A stretch of 31,398 nt of DNA, taken from positions 1-31,398 of the forward strand of contig JAVHOV010000031.1 of the NCBI GenBank assembly GCA_036170245.1, written 5' to 3'. The DNA comes from an archaeon (GTDB taxonomy: Archaea; Iainarchaeota; Iainarchaeia; Iainarchaeales; JAAZKV01). Within the stretch, counting starts at the first letter, position 1. The number at the start of each line of letters is the position of its first letter. A model generated the notes under the pieces. That model did no database searches. It was not told the origin of the DNA and worked only from the letters and a program-made list of their open reading frames with translations. A program made the position numbers and the translations under genes. Positions 9,602-17,814 of this stretch are shown piece after piece.

Positions 9602-10510
9602 ATGAATTTGGTAACAAAATGTCCTGAATGCGGAAGCGAAAAGATTAGAGTAGACCACGGAAAAGGAGAAGCTGTCTGCATGAACTGCGGATTAATTGTA
9701 TCAGAAGATGAAATGATTGATACAGGAAAAGACTGGAGATCATTTGATGACGCTGAAGATGCTTCAAGAGGCGGAAGCCCAATGAAGTATGTTAAACTAA
9801 ACAAAGGTTTAGTAACAATGATTGATAGAAGAGGAACTGACTTGAGAGGAAACAAACTTTCTAGCAAAGGAAGAGCACAGATGTACCGTTTAATTAAATG
9901 GCACAAAAGAGCTAGTGTTTCAAGTTCAATGCAAAGAAATTTATCAATTGCACTAACTGAAATGAGAAGAGTAGCATCCTACTTGAATATCCCTGACACT
10001 TTAGTAGAAGCAGCAGCTTTACTATACAGAAAGACTGTTAAGAAAGGATTAATCAGAGGAAGATTAATCGAAGCAGTTGTTGCAGCAGTACTTTACACAG
10101 TATGCAGAACATACCATGTGCCAAGAACTCTAAACGAAATGGCAGAAGCAAGCGGATTGACTAAGAAAGAAATTGGAAGAACTTACCGTTTCTTAGTAAG
10201 AGAACTGAATTTAGGTGTTCCACTAACTAACCCAATCCACTACATTCCAAGATTTGCTTCAGAATTAAACTTGAGCGGAGAAGTTCAAGAAGAAGGAAGA
10301 AGAATCTTAGAAGAAGCAATCAAGAAAGGATTAATCTCAGGAAGAGGACCAACTGGAGTAGCAGCAGCAGCTGTTTACATAGCTGGACTTTTGAAGGGAG
10401 AAAGAAGAACACAAAAAGAAGTTGCAAACGTTGCCGGAGTTACAGAAGTAACTATCCGAAACAGATACAGAGAATTGAAGAAGAGACTATCAATCAATGT
10501 AGCAGCTTAA
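9602..10510 (+). CDS. tfb: Transcription initiation factor IIB (TFB), full length
   Basis: Zn ribbon CPECG...CMNCG, DWRSF B-reader, two cyclin repeats, C-terminal [10 protein letters not shown]. Start uncertain (9569 TTG, 9602 ATG or 9608 TTG). Confidence 0.95.
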   Translation: MNLVTKCPECGSEKIRVDHGKGEAVCMNCGLIVSEDEMIDTGKDWRSFDDAEDASRGGSPMKYVKLNKGLVTMIDRRGTDLRGNKLSSKGRAQMYRLIKWHKRASVSSSMQRNLSIALTEMRRVASYLNIPDTLVEAAALLYRKTVKKGLIRGRLIEAVVAAVLYTVCRTYHVPRTLNEMAEASGLTKKEIGRTYRFLVRELNLGVPLTNPIHYIPRFASELNLSGEVQEEGRRILEEAIKKGLISGRGPTGVAAAAVYIAGLLKGERRTQKEVANVAGVTEVTIRNRYRELKKRLSINVAA

Positions 10511-10525
10511 TTAGACAAATAATTA
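9812..10525 (+). repeat. 714-bp direct repeat, copy 1 (3' part of tfb plus 15 nt)
   Basis: GTAACAATG...TTAGACAAATAATTA appears identical to 13460-14173 (offset 3648). Confidence 0.92.
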
Positions 10526-10528
10526 ATA

Positions 10529-10566
10529 GATGTAGGGGAAATTCCCTTACATCACTTCTATTTTTA
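10529..10566 (+). terminator. Hairpin plus T-tract after tfb copy 1
   Basis: GATGTAGGGGA-AAT-TCCCTTACATC, then TTCTATTTTTT. Confidence 0.65.
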
Positions 10567-10608
10567 AAAAAATAAGATATATTAAATTTAATTTGTTGAA
10601 AGAACAAA

Positions 10609-12027
10609 TTATTTCTCAGTACCATTGCCACTTGCATAAATTTCATTAATTTCACTCTGACTTAAGGCTTTATCATAAATTCTAAAATCATCAAAACTTG
10701 CATCCTGATTTTGAGATCCCCCGACGTAACCCAAATACATAGTTCTACCACTAACATCCAAAACAGCAGAACTTGTAATATTAGAATCCCCAACAACACC
10801 ATTAGCATAAACTTTCCAAGTACTACCATCTTTAACAAAAACTAAATGATACCAAGTTCCCCCACTATCAAGACCCAAATAATTCCCAAATTCTCCACCA
10901 GTAGTACCAAATTTAATCTGATAATTATCACAATTCCAATAACTGTAAATAGCATAATTATCAAAACTAAATAAAGCAGAATGATTAGACCCATTACTGG
11001 GTCTCCACCACATAGCAATACTCCAACTATTAGTACCCCCAAAAGTATCAATTATAGCAGTAGCATCAATATGATTGCCCACACTAATATTTAATGCATT
11101 ATTGATTTTACCACTTACTGAAAGAGTATTACTGTTAGCACTTAAAACAGCATTTTTATTATTCCCGCTAGAATCTAAAACAATAGTGTTACTAGCGTTA
11201 TCATTCGATTTATAATGTGCGATAAGCCCTGTAGGCATTGCAGTTAGCACTCTAAATTCCCCACTTGTACCTTTATTATTTGAAGAATCAACACAATTTA
11301 CATCCCATGTATGAGATCCCAAACTAATACCAGAATACACAATAGTATAAACAACTAACGGACTCATCGAATAGTCAATATTCTTATCAGGATGAGCAAC
11401 TTCATCAAGCACTAAATAACAATAACTTACATCAGAATCAGATATTGAAAAATTAAAATCAACAGATGACTCAGAAATCGACCCATCAGCACCAGGCGAT
11501 GATAAAGTAATCGAAGGAGAAATAACATCAGAAGCAACATCAGAAGCAACCTCTTCAACTGCAACTTTTGCCGGGGTCACAACATTAGTGCAATCAAGCG
11601 AAATATTTCCAAAATCAGCAGTTTTAGTCAAACTACTAGCACTAAAATACTCAACCTTAACAGAATAATTCCTCCTCTCACCATCACAAGCAACAACACC
11701 ATGCAACTTAAAACTTTTTTCTTCCCCAGCAACTAATTGGACAGAAAAATTATGATCCACTCCATCAACAACAATCTTACTCAAAGTCAAATTCTCAACA
11801 TTAATATTCTTCAAAACCAACAAACCATTAGCATCCATGCCCATAACAGAAGAACCCAAACTCAAACCATTAACACCAATTTTATTCGCAATTTCAGAAG
11901 AAGCAATACTAACTTGAGAACTATTACCAACCTGAGTAATCAACAACCCAACAACAATCAAAGCAATAACAACAACAACAGAAATAATAACCAAGTATTC
12001 CACAGTACCCTGACCACGATTAAACAT
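10609..12027 (-). CDS. Class III signal peptide protein with Ig-like domain and C-terminal LamG/concanavalin-like domain (allele 1)
   Basis: RGQG/TVEYL plus hydrophobic helix; WDVNCVD; WYHLVFV...DDFRIYDKALS. ATG 12027 aligns with the paralog start, with a TATA 24 nt upstream. Confidence 0.85.
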   Translation of the reverse strand: MFNRGQGTVEYLVIISVVVVIALIVVGLLITQVGNSSQVSIASSEIANKIGVNGLSLGSSVMGMDANGLLVLKNINVENLTLSKIVVDGVDHNFSVQLVAGEEKSFKLHGVVACDGERRNYSVKVEYFSASSLTKTADFGNISLDCTNVVTPAKVAVEEVASDVASDVISPSITLSSPGADGSISESSVDFNFSISDSDVSYCYLVLDEVAHPDKNIDYSMSPLVVYTIVYSGISLGSHTWDVNCVDSSNNKGTSGEFRVLTAMPTGLIAHYKSNDNASNTIVLDSSGNNKNAVLSANSNTLSVSGKINNALNISVGNHIDATAIIDTFGGTNSWSIAMWWRPSNGSNHSALFSFDNYAIYSYWNCDNYQIKFGTTGGEFGNYLGLDSGGTWYHLVFVKDGSTWKVYANGVVGDSNITSSAVLDVSGRTMYLGYVGGSQNQDASFDDFRIYDKALSQSEINEIYASGNGTEK

Positions 12028-12095
12028 AGACAAGAATAACAAAGTTCAACTATAAAAACCTAACTTTCACAAAGGCTTTGGGACAAAACTCCTTT

Positions 12096-13082
12096 TTATG
12101 TGGGTTGCAGTATTGTTGCGATGTAGTTGTGTAGGGTCATTCTGGTTTCCATTGCTGTGATAATTCTGCATTTCTTTTTTTGGCGTATTACGCCAAAACG
12201 TCGTTTATCTGCGGAGTGGTTGTATTCGCTGGTTTCTCTTTTATAAAAATGTTTAAGGTAATCCAGTGTGTTGGTTGTGAATTTTTGGATTGATTGTTTC
12301 CATTTTTTGCATCCTTGAATTGTTGCATTCTTTTTTGGAAGAAAATACACTGTTGTGTTTTTGTTAAATCCTGCAATTGTTTTTTGATTTGAATAATATT
12401 TGTCGAGTGTTAATGAGTTGAGTGTGAATCCTCTTTTTTCTAACCAACATTTTGCTTGTTCAAACAATTTCATTTCGGATTGGAATCCTGTCGCAAAACT
12501 CACGTAGAGTTTTGTTTTTAAATCAATAATGGTTGATGTGATAATGTATTCTTTTCGTTCAACTTCTTCCCAATGTTCTTTATTTTCTTCTTTGTCTGTT
12601 CGATAATGTTTTGTGATTGTGAGAGAATATCCTGTTCCATCTGATGATGCATCAATTTCTCGTGGGGTACCACAACTTAAGACGTACAAATTGTGCAAAA
12701 TCATCCCTACAAGTTGATCTTCATATGCGCGTTCGATTGTTTTGTAACTAAATGTTTCATTACCCGTTAGCGCAAACATTAATGAAAAAGATTCCATGTC
12801 TCGATTTGTTAAATCGAGGATTTGCTGAATCAAATGCAATTTTGTCAATAAAATTCTGTCTTTCATTGGTCTGCCAATGAGTTGTTTGATTTCAATTAAA
12901 GCTGCGGCTTTGTCCACATCGACATTAATTTTTTCAAACAAATCTCGTTTGAGATTTCTCAACCGTTTATCGTACTCTTTATCAAAACCAGGTTTTTGAA
13001 CAGCAAATTCTTTCTTATACACTTTTTTTATGTACTCAAGTTCATCAAGAGTTTTCTGCAAATGCTTGTTCCTTAATTGCAT
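12096..13082 (-). CDS. DDE transposase
   Basis: SYKTIER, DGTGY, LDKYY, RETSE...KRRFG, LHN; lies between the TIRs. Confidence 0.9.
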   Translation of the reverse strand: MQLRNKHLQKTLDELEYIKKVYKKEFAVQKPGFDKEYDKRLRNLKRDLFEKINVDVDKAAALIEIKQLIGRPMKDRILLTKLHLIQQILDLTNRDMESFSLMFALTGNETFSYKTIERAYEDQLVGMILHNLYVLSCGTPREIDASSDGTGYSLTITKHYRTDKEENKEHWEEVERKEYIITSTIIDLKTKLYVSFATGFQSEMKLFEQAKCWLEKRGFTLNSLTLDKYYSNQKTIAGFNKNTTVYFLPKKNATIQGCKKWKQSIQKFTTNTLDYLKHFYKRETSEYNHSADKRRFGVIRQKKKCRIITAMETRMTLHNYIATILQPT

Positions 13083-13111
13083 AAAATAATAACAACTAAC
13101 CCATTTATAAT

Positions 13112-13131
13112 AATATGTATTAATACATATT
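13112..13131. promoter_or_regulatory. Perfect 20-bp palindrome between the divergent IS genes
   Basis: AATATGTATTAATACATATT, adjacent to TTTATAA at 13104-13110. Confidence 0.6.
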
Positions 13132-13136
13132 GATAT

Positions 13137-13310
13137 ATGCGTAAAGTAGAAATCAAAAAAGGAAATCTAACACTCCACGACAGCGAAGTAATTTGCTTTC
13201 TGGAAAAAACAATAACGCCTTACGGAACCGGCGCAAAAGTTGACGCACTAAAAGAATACCTTGGCTACCCCGCATACCTTATAATATGCAAGAAAAAAAG
13301 CAAAAAATAG
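13137..13310 (+). CDS. DUF2080-like transposon-associated small protein (57 aa), absent from the ORF track
   Basis: MRKVEIKKGNLTLHDSEVICFLEKTITPYGTGAKVDALKEYLGYPAYLIICKKKSKK; the TPYGTGAKVD..KEYLG..AYLII pattern resembles DUF2080. Confidence 0.8.
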   Translation: MRKVEIKKGNLTLHDSEVICFLEKTITPYGTGAKVDALKEYLGYPAYLIICKKKSKK

Positions 13311-13378
13311 ACCTTTTATATACTTTTGTCCCAGAGTCTTTCACAAAAAAAAAACGGTTTTCTCAAAAGAAAAAGTAA

Positions 13379-13459
13379 TTATTTCAATTTTTTTATTTTC
13401 TTTAACCCAAGTTCATCTTTCTTCACTTTTCTTTCAAGCTTTTTTAAATCTTGTTCAGG
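13379..13459 (-). pseudogene. 3' remnant of a gene, DinD-like C-terminus, truncated at the repeat junction
   Basis: [26 protein letters not shown] resembles the DinD tail (PxEDxKKLERxVK) as recalled, and abuts position 13460. Confidence 0.55.
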
Positions 13460-14158
13460 GTAACAATGATTGATAGAAGAGGAACTGACTTGAGAGGAAA
13501 CAAACTTTCTAGCAAAGGAAGAGCACAGATGTACCGTTTAATTAAATGGCACAAAAGAGCTAGTGTTTCAAGTTCAATGCAAAGAAATTTATCAATTGCA
13601 CTAACTGAAATGAGAAGAGTAGCATCCTACTTGAATATCCCTGACACTTTAGTAGAAGCAGCAGCTTTACTATACAGAAAGACTGTTAAGAAAGGATTAA
13701 TCAGAGGAAGATTAATCGAAGCAGTTGTTGCAGCAGTACTTTACACAGTATGCAGAACATACCATGTGCCAAGAACTCTAAACGAAATGGCAGAAGCAAG
13801 CGGATTGACTAAGAAAGAAATTGGAAGAACTTACCGTTTCTTAGTAAGAGAACTGAATTTAGGTGTTCCACTAACTAACCCAATCCACTACATTCCAAGA
13901 TTTGCTTCAGAATTAAACTTGAGCGGAGAAGTTCAAGAAGAAGGAAGAAGAATCTTAGAAGAAGCAATCAAGAAAGGATTAATCTCAGGAAGAGGACCAA
14001 CTGGAGTAGCAGCAGCAGCTGTTTACATAGCTGGACTTTTGAAGGGAGAAAGAAGAACACAAAAAGAAGTTGCAAACGTTGCCGGAGTTACAGAAGTAAC
14101 TATCCGAAACAGATACAGAGAATTGAAGAAGAGACTATCAATCAATGTAGCAGCTTAA
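13460..14158 (+). pseudogene. tfb: 5'-truncated duplicate of tfb (no Zn ribbon or B-reader)
   Basis: Protein identical to TFB from VTMIDRRG to the end; the upstream sequence is unrelated. Confidence 0.85.
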
Positions 14159-14173
14159 TTAGACAAATAATTA
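13460..14173 (+). repeat. 714-bp direct repeat, copy 2
   Basis: Matches 9812-10525. Confidence 0.92.
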
Positions 14174-14175
14174 GC

Positions 14176-14218
14176 AATGTTAAGGGAAAAATTTCCCTTA
14201 GCATTTTTCTATTTTTTT
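14176..14218 (+). terminator. Hairpin plus T-tract after tfb copy 2
   Basis: AATGTTAAGGGAA-AAAT-TTCCCTTAGCATT, then TTTCTATTTTTTT. Confidence 0.65.
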
Positions 14219-14253
14219 AAAAATAAAATAATTTGATTAAATTAAATAAAAAA

Positions 14254-15651
14254 TTACTCAGCTTCAGTACCATTGTCTGAATTGTAAATCAACAGAACTT
14301 CATTTTCAGTCAACGCTTTGTCATAAATACGAACATCATCAAGTGAACCATAAAATGCTTCATTGATAGTATCATTTCCAATATAAGAAGGACTCCATGA
14401 AGGAAGACCAGAAGATTGAGACCCACCAGATACCCCATCAACATACCAAGTCCCTGTGCCTCCACTAACAGATAACACAAGATGATGCCAACTATTTGCA
14501 CTCATCACAGGAGATTGACCGTTATCTCCGACATTATAAAAAGTAGCTTGATAGTCACACGCAGAACCCCACGCATACCCTGTGATGAAAAATAATCCAA
14601 CATCACTATAATACGTCATCAAGCCCCCATAATACTGCGCTACTTCACTAGGATTGACCCACATTGAAACAGAATAAGTATCAGATAGCGAAATATTACT
14701 CGTGTTAATTGCCCTAGTACCATCAAAATATAAAGCAGAGTTTACTTTACCACTTACATTCATATCAATCGTATTTGTTGAAGCTACTCCATTATTGGAA
14801 GCAACATTATCCAGAACAACTGTTGAACTCTCATTATCATTCATAAAATAATGGGCAACTAAATTATTCCCCCCAATCAACTTAATAGTAAGACTTTGTA
14901 TAATAGAGGTATTAGTATCACCACTGTCATCAGTGCAAGATATATTCCAATCATAACTACCAACACTTAAAGTATATTCTAAAGTATTTTCCACTCCTTC
15001 ACTAATATTTGAAGAAGAATTAGCATCCATTAAATCACTCAAATTCAAACTACAACTACTAACAGGCCCATCAGAATCACTTGGAGTAAAAACAAAAGAA
15101 ACTCGAGTCTCAGTAGTAGAATAATCATCAGCAGGAGAACTCAACTCAACACTAGGTGCAACATTACTAAAAACTTCTTCAACAGCAACTCCTGCAGGAG
15201 TTACAACACTAGCACAATCCAAAGAAACATTTCCAAAATCAGCAACCTTAGTTAAACCACTAGCACTAACATACTCAACCTTAACAGAATAATTCTTTTT
15301 CTCTCCATCACAAACTGCAATATCCTGCAACTTAAAACTCTTCTCACCACCACTAACCAACTGCTCACCAAAATTATGATCAACCCCATCAATAATAATT
15401 TTACTTAAAGTCAAATTCTCAGAATTTAAATTCTTAATAACCAACAAACCATTACCATCAACACCCGCAACCGAAGAACCCAAACTAATACCACCAACCC
15501 CAATTTTAGTTCCAATTTCTGAAGAAGTACCACTAACATCAGAACTATTATCAACTTGAGTAATAACCAACCCAACAACAATTAAAGACAAAACAATAAC
15601 AACAGAAATAATTACTAAATACTCAACAGTACCCTGACCACGACTAAACAT
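14254..15651 (-). CDS. Class III signal peptide protein with Ig-like and LamG domains (allele 2)
   Basis: RGQG/TVEYL; WNISCTD; WHHLVLS...LDDVRIYDKALT. The N-terminal ~160 aa are clearly homologous to allele 1. Confidence 0.85.
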   Translation of the reverse strand: MFSRGQGTVEYLVIISVVIVLSLIVVGLVITQVDNSSDVSGTSSEIGTKIGVGGISLGSSVAGVDGNGLLVIKNLNSENLTLSKIIIDGVDHNFGEQLVSGGEKSFKLQDIAVCDGEKKNYSVKVEYVSASGLTKVADFGNVSLDCASVVTPAGVAVEEVFSNVAPSVELSSPADDYSTTETRVSFVFTPSDSDGPVSSCSLNLSDLMDANSSSNISEGVENTLEYTLSVGSYDWNISCTDDSGDTNTSIIQSLTIKLIGGNNLVAHYFMNDNESSTVVLDNVASNNGVASTNTIDMNVSGKVNSALYFDGTRAINTSNISLSDTYSVSMWVNPSEVAQYYGGLMTYYSDVGLFFITGYAWGSACDYQATFYNVGDNGQSPVMSANSWHHLVLSVSGGTGTWYVDGVSGGSQSSGLPSWSPSYIGNDTINEAFYGSLDDVRIYDKALTENEVLLIYNSDNGTEAE

Positions 15652-15732
15652 AGATGATAGTAACTAAATTTAACTATAAAAAACTTACTCTTAAAAAAAT
15701 AAAAAAAAATTAAAGTAAACTTCAAAAGAAGT

Positions 15733-16728
15733 TTACTCAATTATTTTTTCTTTAATTGCTTGACCAAAATGTCTGCCCGCTTCCCCTAACTTTACCAAAA
15801 TCTTATCTCCATTCTTAAGTTCAGCAACAGAAATTGATTTTCCACCATTTGTAACAACTCTAATCGTTTCAGCGTTTTGCAAAATCACTGCACCAATTTG
15901 TTCACCTACTTTTGCTTCAATTAAAACAAGCGGACGATTCTCAATTTTGTTTCTCCCAACAATTACTTTCTTTGTTTCTCCTTTAGAATTCACACAAAGG
16001 GCTTCGTCCCCAGAATTTAATTCAAGCAAGTACTTTGTCTTTCCTTCAGGCAAAAGAACATAAGAATGAATTGAACCCGCATTTACTCTAAATGGACGAG
16101 TTGCACAATACTCTACTTCCATTGATTCAGATTGAACCAAGAAAAGCATTTTTGGAGAATTACCTATTAGCATTCCTTCCCCAAGTCCCATTAAGTTACA
16201 AGTATCAACACAAGCTCTTTCTCCGGAACCCAATATTTTAATATTTGTAACAATTGCTTCCACTAAATCAATTTTACTTCCTGATTTATTCATTTCTTTT
16301 ACAGCATCAATTATTTCCTGACGGTTCTTTGGTTTTACTACAACTCCCCTCACTCCTTTCTCAAGCACAGTTAACATTGTCGGAATCTCACTAACACTAC
16401 ACGAAACCAAAATATTATCTGATTTTGATACAAGGTTCTCTAAAGGAATTATTTTCCAATCATTTGTATGAATCAATACAAGAGATTTCTTTGAATCAGC
16501 CAAAGCTTTATCTTCATCTGATTTTGATTTAATTTCATGCTCAATCAAATCTTTACCCAAAATAAGATCTCCATCAAGAGCAATAGTTTCAATTCGCCCT
16601 AATTTATGAACTGATTCACTCATTTTGTTTGGAACAATTATTTTCTTCACCCCTGATTCAATTGCACTTGTAACTAATTCCTTATCAAAATCCCTTAAAT
16701 CAATTATCAATTCTTTTTCTTGTACCAT
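15733..16728 (-). CDS. aroB': 3-dehydroquinate synthase II (archaeal AroB')
   Basis: WKIIPLENL, GERACVDTC, RPFRVNAG, ILQNAETIR, GRHFG. Confidence 0.92.
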   Translation of the reverse strand: MVQEKELIIDLRDFDKELVTSAIESGVKKIIVPNKMSESVHKLGRIETIALDGDLILGKDLIEHEIKSKSDEDKALADSKKSLVLIHTNDWKIIPLENLVSKSDNILVSCSVSEIPTMLTVLEKGVRGVVVKPKNRQEIIDAVKEMNKSGSKIDLVEAIVTNIKILGSGERACVDTCNLMGLGEGMLIGNSPKMLFLVQSESMEVEYCATRPFRVNAGSIHSYVLLPEGKTKYLLELNSGDEALCVNSKGETKKVIVGRNKIENRPLVLIEAKVGEQIGAVILQNAETIRVVTNGGKSISVAELKNGDKILVKLGEAGRHFGQAIKEKIIE

Positions 16729-16757
16729 AAAATCACGTCCAACAAATGCCGTTTATA

Positions 16758-17594
16758 TTAATGAAAACTCTTTTGAGGAGAAATTGGGATTACAATTTCA
16801 TCTTTCAAACCAACTTTACTAATTGCATCATTAACAGAATAACCTTTGTTAACAATTAAAGAAACTGCGTGAATCATTTTCTTTGGCTCCTTATGTTGGA
16901 AAGCATTTCTTCCTAATGCAACTCCTCCAGCACCTGCATCCATTGCATCCTTAATCATCTGCAAAACTTCCTTATCGGTTCCTTTGCACCCGCCAGCAAT
17001 TATCACTGGAACTGGGCATCCTTCAACAACTTCTCTAAAAGATTCTTTTGAACCAGTATAATTAGTTTTTACAATATCTGCCCCAAGTTCTGCACCAATT
17101 CTTGCAGCAAGTTTTACAACACTGACATCTTTTTCATTCTTTACCTTTTCTCCACGAGGATACATCATCATCAAAAGAGGCATCCCTAATCTTTTACAAT
17201 CTCTTGCAACTTCACCAGCTTCAACCATCATTCTTCCAGTATCAGTTGCCCCAACATTAATGTGAATAGAAATAGCATCAGCTCCAAGAGCAACAGCTTC
17301 CTCAACTGTAGTTACAATTACTTTATTCAATGGATCAGGCGAAAGCATTGTCCCTGCACTTAAGTGAACAATTAACCCAATATCACTTCCACCCCCGCGG
17401 AAACCTGCCTGCACCATTCCTTTGTGCATCAAAATTCCATTAGCCCCAGATTCAGCAATCATTGAAACAGTTTCTTTTACATTAATCAATCCTTCAATTG
17501 GACCATCACTAATACCATGATCAATCGGAATTATTACCATTTTTCCAGAAGTTCTGTCCATAATTCTTTGCATCCTAATCATTTTCCCTATCAT
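16758..17594 (-). CDS. aroA': 2-amino-3,7-dideoxy-D-threo-hept-6-ulosonate synthase (AroA', DhnA-type class I aldolase)
   Basis: IPIDHG, HKG, IVHLSA, MMYPRG, ELGADIVKTNY, GRNAFQ; adjacent to aroB'. ATG 17594 with GGGTGG SD. Confidence 0.88.
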   Translation of the reverse strand: MIGKMIRMQRIMDRTSGKMVIIPIDHGISDGPIEGLINVKETVSMIAESGANGILMHKGMVQAGFRGGGSDIGLIVHLSAGTMLSPDPLNKVIVTTVEEAVALGADAISIHINVGATDTGRMMVEAGEVARDCKRLGMPLLMMMYPRGEKVKNEKDVSVVKLAARIGAELGADIVKTNYTGSKESFREVVEGCPVPVIIAGGCKGTDKEVLQMIKDAMDAGAGGVALGRNAFQHKEPKKMIHAVSLIVNKGYSVNDAISKVGLKDEIVIPISPQKSFH

Positions 17595-17627
17595 CAAAAC
17601 CACCCAAGTTTTTTAATTTTCTTTTGG

Positions 17628-17711
17628 CAAAGCAAAACAAAACCAGAAAGCAGATTTATTATAAAAAAAATTTATAGAAATCGGACCCTGGTTTTTAATT
17701 TACCCAGAGTC
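17628..17711 (-). promoter_or_regulatory. Putative attenuator RNA with alternative hairpins
   Basis: GACUCUGG (17704-17711) pairs with CCAGGGUC (17684-17691). Alternatively AAAACCAGGG (17686-17695) pairs with UUCUGGUUUU (17639-17648). U8 at 17663-17670 and a U-rich tail follow. Confidence 0.55.
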
Positions 17712-17791
17712 TATTCAAAATAGAAATACCAAAAGTTAGAATTAACTACACTTATTTGCTGAACAGCATTTTGTATAGTTAAATCACACAT
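17711..17791 (-). CDS. Putative aro leader peptide MCDLTIQNAVQQISVVNSNFWYFYFE (26 aa), absent from the ORF track
   Basis: ATG at 17791, TAG at 17711-17713, six consecutive aromatic codons TTT TGG TAT TTC TAT TTT, directly upstream of aroA'. Confidence 0.75.
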   Translation of the reverse strand: MCDLTIQNAVQQISVVNSNFWYFYFE

Positions 17792-17814
17792 TACAATAAA
17801 CACTGCACTGGACC

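Larger units (their letters stand above)
12074..13338 (-). mobile_element. Complete IS (ISNCY, ISA1214-like), about 1265 bp
   Basis: TIRs GGCTTTGGGACAAAA (12074-12088) and TTTTGTCCCAGAGTC (13324-13338), 13/15 match. Flanking direct repeat TTTCACAAA at 12065-12073 and 13339-13347; the exact TSD length is ambiguous by 1-2 nt. Transposase plus a divergent small ORF. Confidence 0.88.

Noticed and set aside
11525..11550. 12-bp tandem repeat (VASD x2) in LamG allele 1
   Set aside because: In-frame linker duplication with no phase-variation potential.
9812..14173. Integrase att-site duplication, or diversity-generating retroelement TR/VR pair
   Set aside because: 714 bp is very long for an att core, there is no integrase or reverse transcriptase in the window, and no adenine-specific mismatches were seen.
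17703..17712. CCCAGAGTCT shared with the IS right end (13330-13339)
   Set aside because: Only 10 bp, with no partner TIR or TSD; treated as coincidence.
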